Assembly: GCA_964016885.1 (NCBI GenBank)
Contig: OZ024763.1
Coordinates: 14,136,001 to 14,200,000 of the forward strand
DNA: 64,000 nt
Source: Eledone cirrhosa
Lineage: Eukaryota
Direction of reading: 5' to 3'
The translations under genes were made by a program, and so were the position numbers. Shown here in pieces: positions 1 through 12,193 of this stretch (position 1 is the stretch's first letter; every line of letters begins with the position of its first letter). The notes under the pieces are model-generated. The model saw only the letters and a program-made list of their open reading frames with translations. It was not told where the DNA came from and did no database searches.

Positions 1-295
1 AAGATTTATCTCCTCTAAATTTACAAAAGTTCACATTTCTTTCACAAGATAGATCCTTAAATAATTATAGTGTTTTCTGTTTTCTTCTTCTCTTGGTTGC
101 TTCATGAGCCTCACCGTTTTTGCGGATGTCGGTTGACAATTTTCTCAGTGGTATCATACATATTCATCTAGAGTTTTAAATTTTTCAGCAATTAGCTAGG
201 GAACAGAATGTTTTATTATTTCTATTATCCGTCTCCCTCTTTTGCTTCAACATGGTTAACCATATTTCAATTCATATTCATACATATTCACAATT
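1..295 (-). mobile_element. CR1-clade LINE remnant cut by the window edge
   Basis: Paralog of 6848-7160. Confidence 0.7.
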
Positions 296-1254
296 CTTCT
301 GTGAGGGGTATAAGAAGCTCGTTTTTTGCTCCACATTCGATACCAAATCATGCTTCCTTTTTATAACTTCGTTGTACAAATATAATAATTAAAGTATATA
401 TAAGCAATGTATATATATATAGATAGCTTCTTATTAACTCTTTCCCGAAACATTTATTTCTTCAAAATAAGGTAAGACATATCCCGAATAATATTGTAAG
501 GTGTCTCAATAATTATTTCATTTCAATCAATTTTTCATTTCAGTTTTCTTTAGAAATATCTTGGCGTTGAAGATTTGTCCTTCTCATAGTAATTAGCTTG
601 TCTCAAAATTGTTCGCAGTGTTTCCATGTTTAGTGTCACACACTATCGTTAATTCTAATGTAATAAATGTTACTTTTAAAAGAGTGAAGCTCTCAATTTT
701 TTCTTTCTTTTGTATATTGATATCTAATGAATGACAAATGTATGTTATGTGATAGGAGAAAACACACACAGCCTTCTTCCCTCGCTATAGAAGGCTAACT
801 GACAATGTCGTTCGTAGGAGTAACAAGTCACCTCTTACTGCCTTTTATATACCATGTGAACTGGAAAGATTTGCCAAGTATGGATACACTCTCTCCTTAT
901 CAATATTGTCCGAGTCCGAGGACATTTTCTCTCTGGTTAAGGAGTGAGAAGAAATATTAGGGATCAATCTCTAGCAATAATTTAATTAAATTATATTTAA
1001 CCAAAGCTGTTATGTCGTGGTTGTTGTTATATTTTATAGTCGTGGTTTCAATGTTTATCAGGGGTTGTAGAATTAGTTTTATCAAATTATTATCAAACAA
1101 AAATGATGTATATATTGTCGTTGTACGTTGAAATCACATATATAGATTTATATACACACCAAGGATGGAGGGAAGACGGAATTGAAAACCATTATTGCTG
1201 AGCACAACATTGCAGGATCAAATATAACACACACACACATATATATATATAATC

Positions 1255-2047
1255 AGGTATGACCATTGATGAATGTCCCTGCAGATCATCAGGTTGTAGG
1301 ATGAAATCAACCCTAGAGAAATGATAAATTATATGAAGGTATATTTTATGGAAGCTCGAGAAGAATAAAAATGAAAGTGAACCATTTTGAATTGTTAATA
1401 TGATTGGGAAAGACATGGAGGCCACTACATCAATTTTTCTTTTAAATAGAAAGTAGGTTTATAAATTTTAATTTTGATAGTATTTTTGTAGTTGTCTCGG
1501 TAGTCTATTGGTAGGTGTTGGGACAGTGGTGATGCTGGTCTGGGGTTCAATCTCAGTCAGGAATCTCTCGAGAAATTTAATTTTTTTTAATTTTTCATAA
1601 AATGAACGAAAAATAGAGGTTGCAGGAATCTGACTGAGGTCGAACCCCAGACCAGCACCTCCATCACCTCTAATACTTACCACTAGTCTACGGAGGCGGT
1701 TATAAAAACTAACTGAAAATTAATATTTATAAACCTACTTTTTCAATTTTTTATAAAAACAAAATTTCTGTACAAGGTTTTCATGTACACCTGACAGAGA
1801 TCGAACCCCTAATCAATATCACCACTGTCTCTAATGTCTACCACCAGACCACTGAGACGGTTATGAAATCGCAGTGAAAATTAATATTTATAAAACTACA
1901 TTTTGTTCGGTTGAAAACTCGATGTAGTGGCATTCATGGCTTTTAAAGGACGTCCTTGAATTCATAAAGTAAATCTAGACTTTATTTCTCATTGCTCTAG
2001 GCTTGATTTGAACCTACAACAACTCCGTCTGCAATAATGTCATACCT
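1255..2047. repeat. Long imperfect inverted repeat, hairpin A (right inner arm duplicated at ~1625-1745 and ~1790-1905)
   Basis: Termini aggtatgac...gtcatacct. Inner left gatgctggtctggggttcaatctcagtcag pairs with ctgactgaggtcgaaccccagaccagcacc. Confidence 0.88.
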
Positions 2048-3250
2048 CATTCCAGCTTAGTACGTCGTACCCGTAAATTGTTAAACGTGGTTCCTATATA
2101 TACATGCAAGTCAGATTTGAACCTACAATGCTGTGCTTAATTTCTATTAATAAGTGTGTTTTATAAAAGAAAGTAAAGAAACAATTTAATGAAAGTAAAA
2201 AATTTATTTTATTCAGGAATGTTTTTATTTTATTTTATGTATTCACTTCATTAACTGCTGAATAGTTCTCTTGTTTTTGTTTGTTCTTACCATTGTTTAC
2301 TGTAAATGGTGACTGTGATGAGACTGGATTATTACCAAGTTTTACTGGATGATGGCATTTCCTTATTGTATTATTTTGTTGTCAGTGGACATCTCTCTAA
2401 ATACCTGGAATAAACATATGGTGTGTCTTTTACGTAACATTTCATTTAATATCTGATGTTCCAATGGATTACTTTTAAAATAAAACCAATAAACAGCACA
2501 GGTAGACTCCATCAAAAGAGACCACAGAGATGAGGTACGAATAATCTAAAATTAATTTTTAAAAAAAGACAATGTTTAAAGAAAGACAAACATTAAAAAA
2601 ATATTTCCAACAAACACGTAAAGACAAAGACAATCACATCCACAATTTAATATCTGAAGATCAACATTTTTCACGATATAAATAAAACTAAATATGTAAA
2701 GTTAAGTGACCTCTCATTTATTTGCTCTAACTTTATTTTACTAATCTGTATTCTGTAGACATATATTTTCCTTGGTGTACATTACGATTTCGTTGATGAA
2801 AGTTTTCACTCGTCTTTAGATCTTTATTTCTTATAAAAGTTATAATACTCACCTCCTCTCATTAGATCTCTATTTTACTTCTGGAATACTGTATTAACAT
2901 TTATATTTTCATCTCGATATTATTAAGTATTAAGGTTGCCATGTATTACAATACAGTATATAAACAAGGGAATATGAGGAGGGGTAATCATTTAAAAACA
3001 GCTAACCGCACACTCTGTGTATTTAGATTACACCAGGGTGTCCCATGGGCGATTTCATATATACATACACACATATATATACAAGTTATTGATTACAGAG
3101 TCGGGCTAGATCGATACAAAACGAACCTTAAGTTGATGAATAGCGAAACGCGCGCCGCGCCACGAATCAATAAACGTAATGAATGTGTACCCATTCGTCC
3201 TTATTTTATTATATATATATATTTTAATATATATATATATATATATATCT

Positions 3251-3301
<51 letters not shown>

Positions 3302-4229
3302 TAATTTATTTATTTCAACCTGGAGTTTCGACCGATAGATAGTATTAGCAATTGGAAAGACCAGTGGAAACATTGTTTCGTCGGTCCGATCTGACGAAGG
3401 TCGATCGACTGTCTATATATGTATATACATACACATACATTAATATTTACTCACTTCTATGTAAATATATATACATATTAAAAACACATACCATATACCA
3501 GCTTAAAAACGACTGACTAACCATCAGGACACATGCTTGCTCTTGTTAAAATTTCACAGAGATACTTATGAAAACCGAACTTGCAACGCCACGTACACTT
3601 ACATACACACACCTGTACATATACAGACGTATAGAAAAGGTATGACTTATATAGGTACATCAAAGTTAATGTTCCACTATAGCACCATTCGAGGTAGATA
3701 AAACGAAGTACCAGTGTAGTACTGGAGTCGATTCTTCTTCTATATCTCTTTCTTACTTCCTTTCTCCTACTTTCTCTCCTTCTCTGGTAAATATCTCCTG
3801 TGATCAGATCTAGGGTAGAGATGGGATCAGTCAGCTTTTAAAGAATACCCAAGACACCCCGAATATCAACGTGGGATCACCAAGACTCCCTCGCAAGCTA
3901 TACATCCCTACATACATAGCAACATCAGACAGATCCTTTATGTAGATCACTTTTACTCGATGATGGAAGACAAGTTTTCAGTGAGTCAGAAAGGAATATT
4001 TGCGATATGAAGGGAGAACCTCTCTGAATAAATATTAGATAGTTAAGATGCTACGTAAAGCAGGCGGCGACAACATCGAGGACCAGAGATGCCATGTGGA
4101 AATAGACATCCACATATAAATATACAAAGATGGGGGGACCTTATCATCATAGACACTTGGGCTTATGAATACACAAATATATATTTATATACATACATAC
4201 ATACATATATATACATGGGGGAGGGGGGG

Positions 4230-4416
4230 GGCTCCTGCAGGACTAGAACGGTTTCATTCGGAAGAAATCAAGGGCTTTCCTGATGATTTTTTCCGAATGA
4301 AACAGTTCTAGTCCTGTAGAAGCCATTTCTATATTAAATATTATTTATTAAGTATTTATAATCTGCTATGTAATGAGTACCTTACTTACTGTGGTTACCG
4401 CCGATTGAACCCGGGA
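4230..4416. mobile_element. Short repeat with a ~95-bp palindrome containing ctgatga...gaaa (PLE-terminus-like)
   Basis: ctgcaggactagaacggtttcattcgga pairs with tccgaatgaaacagttctagtcctgtag. An independent copy in the opposite orientation lies at 32693-32878, with paralogs at ~19663, ~43554 and ~59013. Confidence 0.6.
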
Positions 4417-4933
4417 TAAACATATATATATATACGGGTGCACAGGTGTACGGTGTCCTCAAGTTAACACCAAGGATTACGCTCGATGTCCCGTCACACA
4501 TCACTACATCTTCGAGTAAATGTTGATTAGTAAATAAACCGTGTATCTCACATGTAAGAGGAAAACTATAGCAAGTGTTGAGGATAAGAGACGTGTGAAA
4601 ATAATAATAATAATAATAATAGTGTTACAATTATTAATGGTAGTAGTTGTAATAATAAAGTGAGGGGGGACAACATTATTATAAATAGTTATGTACACAC
4701 AAGCTTACACAGGTACACATTCGTACACGTATTTACACAAACGTTTATAAATAAAAGACGAAGCTGATAAAAAGAACATATATTACCGTATCGCGTTTGG
4801 AACGATACACTTGACGTTGAGTTCTTGAATCTGATCCCATCACCGGTTGCTGATACCATTATTGCACACACAACACAAGTTTAAAGAGCTGCCTGTTTAG
4901 AAACAATATTTCCAGGCCACCATCTACTCACTA

Positions 4934-5711
4934 AGGTATGACAGCTGAAGGACATCACTGGATATCAGCTGGTCGTTGGATGAAATAAACCTAGTGATAA
5001 GAATAAAAGTCATGATATATTTTCTGAAAACTCGAGAAAAGTAAAAACCATGGCGACTTGTTTGTGGTATTAAAAAGACTGAGAAAGCCATGAACACCAC
5101 CACGTCAATTAAGCTTCGAAAATAGAAAGTAGGTTTATATATATTAATTTTCAGTATATTTTTATATCCGTCTCGTTGGCCTATTGGTAGGTGTTAGAGA
5201 CGGTGAAGATCGAGGTTTGGGGTTCAACCTTAGCCAGGATCTATATAAAATAAGGGGGTTTTACTAATTTTTTTCAGCTTTTTAAAAATGTAAAAAAGTA
5301 GATAAAAATTTTTTTTCATTTTACCATAGATTTTTTTACGTTTGCATTGAAAAAAGCTGAAAAAAATTAGTAAAACCCCCTTATTTTATATAGATCGTGG
5401 CCAAGATCGAAACCCAGACCAGGATCTCCACCGTCTCTCATACCTCCCACTAGGCTACAAAGACAGCTTCAGAATAATATTAAAAATTAATATTTATAAA
5501 CATACTTTTGATTTTGGAAGATTAATTGAAGTGGTGGCGTTCATGCCTTTCTTAGTGTTGCTGTGATTAGAAAGGGTCGACTTTGTCTTTCATAATTCAG
5601 GCTCTTTCATGAAGTAAATATTCATTTTATTTCTTAACGCCCTAGTATTGATTTGAACCTACAATTACTTCGTCTGCAATAATGTTCACTAATTTCAAAT
5701 CTGCCATACCT
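4934..5711. repeat. Long imperfect inverted repeat, hairpin B
   Basis: Termini aggtatgacag...ctgccatacct, with a perfect 46-bp inner inverted repeat at 5238-5283 / 5351-5396. Confidence 0.92.
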
Positions 5712-6460
5712 AAATCCTGTTGCGACTTACAAATAAATTGTTAAATGTCACTTTTATATATTTACCAATGTGAGATTGGAACCTACAGTTATGTGCTTTG
5801 CAGTAATGTCCCGTAACTCAAACTAGATTGCGCTAAGCTTATATATTTCTTTCGTCCGAACAACATAATGGTTTCGATCCCAGTTCGCTACTGGTACAAG
5901 AAATAATTTAAAGAAATTCTATATCCCCAGCTAAATATTGAACTCCTAACGACATTTTATGTTACTTAATACCAATAACCCTGTTACACACTGAACATCT
6001 AAGCCCTGAACACACATTTATATTTATGACTCAATTTCCAATTTTTTTAATGATATTACACCACCTTTGTGTTCTAGGTGAAAATCCTGTCGATATTAAT
6101 TTACAATTTTATAACTTTAGAGAAGAAAAATAGAGTACCAGTCATTTTATGGGTTCAATTTAATCGATCGGCTTCACCCCGTCAATCACTTGACATTTGC
6201 CAAACAAAAACACACAAACAGTATATATATATATATATATATATAATACGACAAATTAAAATAAATTACGTGTTTAATAAAGAAAAAAATTATTGAAAGT
6301 AAGAAATTATAATTATTTAGTAATAATATTTTTATTCTTTGTTTTCACTGCATTAACTGCTGAGTGTGACTTAATTTTCTTACTATTTTCTACTGTAAAT
6401 GGCGGCTGAGTCGTTATTGGAGTATTACTAAGGTTTACTGGATGATGTTTGCTTATTGCT

Positions 6461-6538
6461 TTATTTTACAAAAAGTACCAGTAATGCACTGGGTAATTGC
6501 TGGACTTGTGCCTAAAGTAGAAACAATTATTTTACAAA
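6461..6538 (+). mobile_element. 5'-truncated SINE tail with a 12-bp target-site duplication
   Basis: aagtaccagtaatgcactgggtaattgctggacttgtgcctaaagtagaaacaa is flanked by ttattttacaaa on both sides (6461-6472, 6527-6538). The paralogous site near 10297 is empty. Duplicate at ~45839-45916. Confidence 0.85.
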
Positions 6539-6604
6539 CAGTGGACATCGGAATATCCCTCTATATACCTGGGATAAATGTAAGGAGCATTGTTATGTTA
6601 TACA

Positions 6605-7160
6605 TAGTACAATGGTCATCTCTTCTTATATTTACATTTTCTTCCCCAATTCTGTATTTTGAAGTACTTTCATTATTTTAAATATTTCTATCATGTCACT
6701 CGTTTGATTAATCTCCTCCAAAGTTGTAATTCTATGTGTTTGTCCTTGGTATAGTGAACTAATGTTGATATTTTCAAGTCTTGGTATTTATATGGAATAG
6801 TGTACTAATATTTAAATAGTCTTTATGTTTTTGTCTTGTCTCCCCTAAGATTTATCTCCTCTAAATTTACAAAAGTTTCTTATCTTCCTTCACAAGACAG
6901 ATCCCTAAATAATTCTAGTGTCTTCTGTTTTCTCCTCTCTGGGTTGCTTCAAGAGCCTCACCGTTTCTTCGGAGGTCAGTTGACCATGGCCCAAAACAAT
7001 ATTCTCAGTGGTATCACACATATTCATCTAGAGTTTTAGATATTTCAGTATTTAACTAGGAAAAAGAATGTTTTATTATTTCTATTATCCGTCTCCCTGT
7101 TTTGCTTCAACATGGTTAGTCATCTTTCAATTCATATTCATACATATTCACAATTCTTCT
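6605..7160 (-). mobile_element. CR1-clade LINE remnant with the LEE..LRGD segment tandemly duplicated
   Basis: Minus strand reads ITTLEEINQTSDMIEIFKIMK at ~6670-6735 and NLEEINLRGDK at ~6835-6867. Confidence 0.75.
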
Positions 7161-7514
7161 GTGAGGGGTATAAGAAGCTCGTTTGATGATCGAACCTGAC
7201 TGAAAATCGTAAGGTCCTCAGATACGTCTTGATTCTACGAAGCAGATTTTCCTATTTCCATACATTTATATACACACCAAGGATGGAAGACAGATCTCTG
7301 TATATTTTCATGAAATTAGATTCACCGTTAACATGGAGTGACGACGAAACTGTAGTTATGTCCAAGCCAGTTGATACAATTCTAAGTTAGTTGATATATT
7401 TTGAAGTATTGCGAGATTTACTGAGTTCTTTTCTTATTTCCATAGCATGATCAAATTCACTACAATGCTTTCTGCTCACTTTTACTCAGCATCACAAATA
7501 TTTCGTTCTTCATC

Positions 7515-8045
7515 TGTCATATCTTTTTATCATCATTTACTGTTGTGTCGTCTACTCCATCATTTAAACTATTCAATTCACTAATATCTCTTTGAGAAAT
7601 ATATATTTTCTGATGTCTTTAGAGCATTGTATCTTATAAACAGTATAATGGTGTCCTCTTCTTACATTTTCTTCTGTAATTTCAAGTGCTTTCATTATCT
7701 TAAATATTTCTGTCGTGTCTCCCCTTAGCTTTATCTCCTCCAAAGTCGTAATTCCTGGCTTTTTACATCTTTCTTCTCAAGAATTCTGGTATTTCATGCT
7801 TTTTTCTTCTCTGGATTCCTTCAATAGTTTCTCTCTCCTTTCGGAAGTCGGGTGACCATACCTGCAAATAATATTCTAAGTAGTATCACACATATCATTT
7901 ATCTAGAGTTTTAATATATCTGTATTTAGGTAGGTAAAGTAATATTTCATCATTCCTATAATCCGACTTGGTGTTGTGGTCTTTTCCTGTGAGATGGTTA
8001 GCTACCTTTAAATTCAAATTGATACATATTCCACATTTGTTGGGG
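7515..8045 (-). mobile_element. CR1-clade LINE 3' remnant (module C1)
   Basis: Paralog of 10905-11440. ORF 7895..8125 contains GICINLNLKVANHLT. Confidence 0.8.
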
Positions 8046-8754
8046 GTGGGTGAAACAAAAAAACACAATTTTACATCAGTATTCGATGTTAAAACTTGCT
8101 GGCGTCTTATACGTTCAAGATACAAATATGATAATTAAAGTATATACTAGCCATGTATATGTATCACCCTATTTTTAACTCTTCTTCAAAATGTATTCCG
8201 AAAAATCCTGTATGAGGTCTCTGTAAGTGTTCGATTTTCAATAGATTGTATTGCCGTTGAAGATGCAATCATTTCTCCTTATCAATAAACAATTTGTTAT
8301 ACAATTGTTGCTTCGTCCATTTTAAGTTTAGTTTCACAAACTATCGTTAATTCAAGATTTTGCTCTAATATAATAAATTATACTTTTAAAAGACTGACAT
8401 TCTCACATTCATTCTTTATCTTCTATATTATCTAATGAATAAAACAATGTATGTGAGCTGTAGAAATAACACGACCTTCTTTCACCGCTGCAGATAGCAA
8501 ACTGGCAGTGTGTTTAGCTGACAACGGTGAACGTCACGTGTTTAGTGTTAAATCCCAACAAAGTACCATTTATATACCGTGTTAACTGGAAAGACGGACC
8601 AAATAAGGATACAATCTGCTCTCCTTATCAATATTCTCTGAGATTGAGGACCTTGGTCCCTGAATAAGCAGTGAGATAAAGTGATAGGGTTGAATCTCTA
8701 GCAAGAATTACAGTAGGTTATTTTTAACGAAGGACATCAATAAATTTAATAGTG

Positions 8755-9560
8755 AGGTATGACAGTTGAAGAAGGCCACTGCAGATTATCGGGTTGTAGG
8801 ATGAAATGAACCTTAGAGAAAGTAAGTGAAGATATATTTTCTGAAATTGCCAGAAGAATAAAAATCCAATGTCGACCCTCTCGAAGTATTGATAATGCTG
8901 AGAAGGGCATGAATGCCACAACATCTATTATGCTTGGAAATACAAGGTAGTTTTCTGAAAGCTCCAGATTAATAAAATACAAGGTCGGTCGTTGGTAGTG
9001 CGAATAACATGGAGAAAGACATGAAGGCCACCACATCAAGTTTGCTTGGATATAGAAAAGTAGCTTTATAAATATAAATGTTCATAGTACTTTTGTGGCA
9101 GTCTCTGTGGGTATGGTATGTGATAGAGACGGTGAAGATCCTAGTCTCTGGTTCAATCTCGGCCAGGAACTACACTAACGTTTTTCATTTTACTAGAGAT
9201 AAAATGAAAAATTTTTGAATTTTTTCATTAAGACACCTCTGGTCTTGGCCAAGATTGAACCCGACACCAGGATCTTCACCGTCTCTCATACCTTCCACCA
9301 GGCCACCGAAACTTGCTACAAAAAGTTATGGAAAATTAATATTTATAAATCTACTTTACTATTTTCAAGCAAAATTGATGTGGTGGCGTTCATGCCTTAC
9401 TCAATGTTATAAATACTAAAAAGGGTCGACTTTGTCTTTCATCCTCCTGGGTCTTTGATAAATTAAATCTTCACTTTGTTTCTTATCGCTCTACGGTTGA
9501 TTTGAACCTACAATGTCCCCGTCTACAATAATATTTACTAACTTTAAATCTATCATACCT
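8755..9560. repeat. Long imperfect inverted repeat, hairpin C1
   Basis: gagacggtgaagatcct pairs with aggatcttcaccgtctc, and gccaccacatcaa with ttgatgtggtggc. Termini aggtatga...tcatacct. Confidence 0.92.
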
Positions 9561-10904
9561 GGTTTGTGTGTGTGTGAAATATTCCCACCTCGTACAATAA
9601 GCCCGTAAATTGTTAAACCTGATTTCTATATAGATAATATATGTAGCAGTGTAAGATCTGAACCTACAATGATATGTTTTGCAGTAATTTTACACAATTT
9701 CAACTAAATAGCGATATGTATATGTTTTTCGTTTCTTAAAAATAAAAGAAATTCTATATCCGCAGCTAAATATTGAACTCCTGACAGCACCACAAACTAC
9801 ATTAAATATTTAACTACAAAGTCTCACACGACTTTGTAACTAAATGATAAAATAATAACCTTAATTTTTAATTGATATTACTTCACCTTTTTGTGTTCTC
9901 ATCTCGGTGAAAATCTGGCCCTGATTAATTTAACATTTTTATTTTTGGAGAGATAAAATATAGTACCAGTCACATACTGGAACCAATTTAAATGATCGAA
10001 TTCTCCCCGTAAATTTCTGCCTCAGTTACAAACAAAGAGGGTGTATCTGTATGTGTAAATATATATATATACATATATATTAAAGTATGTGTTAGCAATA
10101 AATAAATGAAACAAATTAAATAATAAAAGTAAGACATTTTTATTCAGTAGTTTTATTTTTATTATGATTTTCAATACATTAACTGCCCAGTGTGCCTTTT
10201 GTTTTTGTTTCTTCTTATTTTCTATTGCAAATGGCGGCTACGGCGAAACTGGATTATTACCAAGGTTTACTGGATGTTGTCTTTTGCTTCTTGGATTACT
10301 TTACAAACTTGAGACATCAGGATATTTACCGCAATACCCGAGATAAACATAAGGTCTGTCTTTTACGCAATATTTCGCTTTAAAGACTTGTGTTGACTTG
10401 ATCAAATTTGACCTGTCTACGAGACAGAGATGCTATTTCAAAACAAACCACACAGACCAACCATGAATAATCTAAAATTAGTTTTACAAAAGATAATCCA
10501 TCTTTAAAGAGACAAATATTTAAAAATTGACGTTCAAAGGAACACTCGATGGCAGAAAGAATCTCAGCCACAATTTAATGTCTGAAGTTAGACATTTTTC
10601 ACGACATAAATATAGTTTAATGCCCCTCCTCTCATATCCGATTCCTTTCCTCAAATCCTCCAATAATACATATTTTATAGAGATATAATGTTGTGTTTTG
10701 TTTATATTTTCACCTTTTCTAGTAATTCGTAGTTTTAGAATTGTCATTCCGATCATGTAGAAAATCTATGACATTATCCTGATTGATATTATACGTTTTC
10801 AATATGAGATTGGAAGGCATAGCAAGTTCAAATTCACGACAATGCTTTCCGCTCACTTTTACTCAGCATCACAAATATTTCAATCTATTCATTCGTTCTT
10901 CATC

Positions 10905-11440
10905 TGTCATATCTTTTTATAATCATTTACTGTTGTGTCGTCTACTCCATCATTTAAACTATTCAATTCACTAATATCTCTTTGAGAAATATATATTTTC
11001 TGATGTCTTTAGAGCATTGTATCTTATAAACAGTATAATGGTGTCCTCTTCTTACATTTTCTTCTGATTTTCAAGTCCTTTCATTATCATAAATATTTCT
11101 GTCGTGTCTCCCCTTAGTTTTATCTCCTCCAAAGTTGTAATTCCTAGATTTTTACACCTTTCTTGTCAAGACAGATTTGTTAATAATTCTGGTATTTCAT
11201 GCTTCTTTCTTCTCTGGATTCCTTCAATAGCTTCTCCCTCCTTTCGGAAGTCGGGTGACCATACCTGCAAATAATATTCTAAGTAGTATCACACATATCA
11301 TTTATCTAGAGTTTCAGTATTTCTGTATGTTGGTAGGTATAGTAATATTTTATCATTCCTATAATCCGACTTGGTGTTGTGGGTTTTTTTATGTGAGATG
11401 GTTAGTTAACCTTAAATTCAAATTGTTACATATTCCGATT
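10905..11440 (-). mobile_element. Degraded CR1-clade LINE ORF2 3' remnant
   Basis: Manual minus-strand translation across stops and frameshifts gives SRIIGMIKYY...LEYYLQVWSPDFRKEGEAIEGIQRR...QERCKNLGITTLEEIKLRGD...CSKDIRKY. This matches the CR1/L3 C-terminal pattern ANRILGMIKR...LEYCVQVWSP...IEKVQRR...LEERRLRGD...DIRKYFFSQRVVNEWNSL. Confidence 0.85.
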
Positions 11441-12193
11441 TTGTTGGGGTGGGTGAAACAAGAGACACATTTTTACATAAAAATTCGATGTTAAAACCTG
11501 CTGGCGTCTTATACATCCAAGATACGAATATGATAATTATATATGTTTGTACTAGCCATGTATAAGTATATCCCTATTTATAACTCTTCCTCAAAACAAT
11601 ATATTCCGAAAAATGCCGTATGATGTCTCCGTGAGTGTTCCATTTCAATCAATATCTCATTTCGATTTTCAATAGATTGTGTGGCCCTTGAAGATGCAAT
11701 CATTTCTCCTTATAATAATTAATTTGTTTTACAATGTTCGTATTGTTGCTTCGTCCATTTTACGTTTAGTGTCACAAACTATCGTTAATTCAAGATTTTG
11801 CTCTAATATAATAAACTATACTTTTAAAAGACTGACATTCTCATATTCATTCTATCTCTTCTATATAGTTATCTAACCGATAAAAGAATGTATGTGGTAT
11901 GTGAGAGGTAGAAATAACACGACCTTCTTTCACCGCTGCAGATAGCAAACTGGCAGTGTGTTTAGCTGACAACGGTGAACATCACGTGTTTAGCGTTAAG
12001 TCCCAACATAGTGCCATTTTTATACCGGGTTAACTGGAAAGTCGGACCAAATAAGGATACAATCTTCTGCCCTTATCAACATTCTCCGATCTTGGTCCCT
12101 GAATAAATAGTGAGATAAAGTGATAGGGTTGAATCTCTATCAAGAATTACAGTAGGTTATTTTTAACGAAGGACATCAATAAATTTAATAGTG

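Noticed and set aside
1490-1562. Functional tRNA genes in the hairpin arms
   Set aside because: A/B-box similarity only. I could not form acceptor and anticodon stems, so they are reported as tRNA-like rather than tRNA.
8724-9039. Recurrent short ORFs overlapping hairpin arms (also 1192, 12163, 12185)
   Set aside because: They recur only because the DNA is duplicated. The frame is broken in copy 2 (48223..48420) and there is no recognisable protein similarity.
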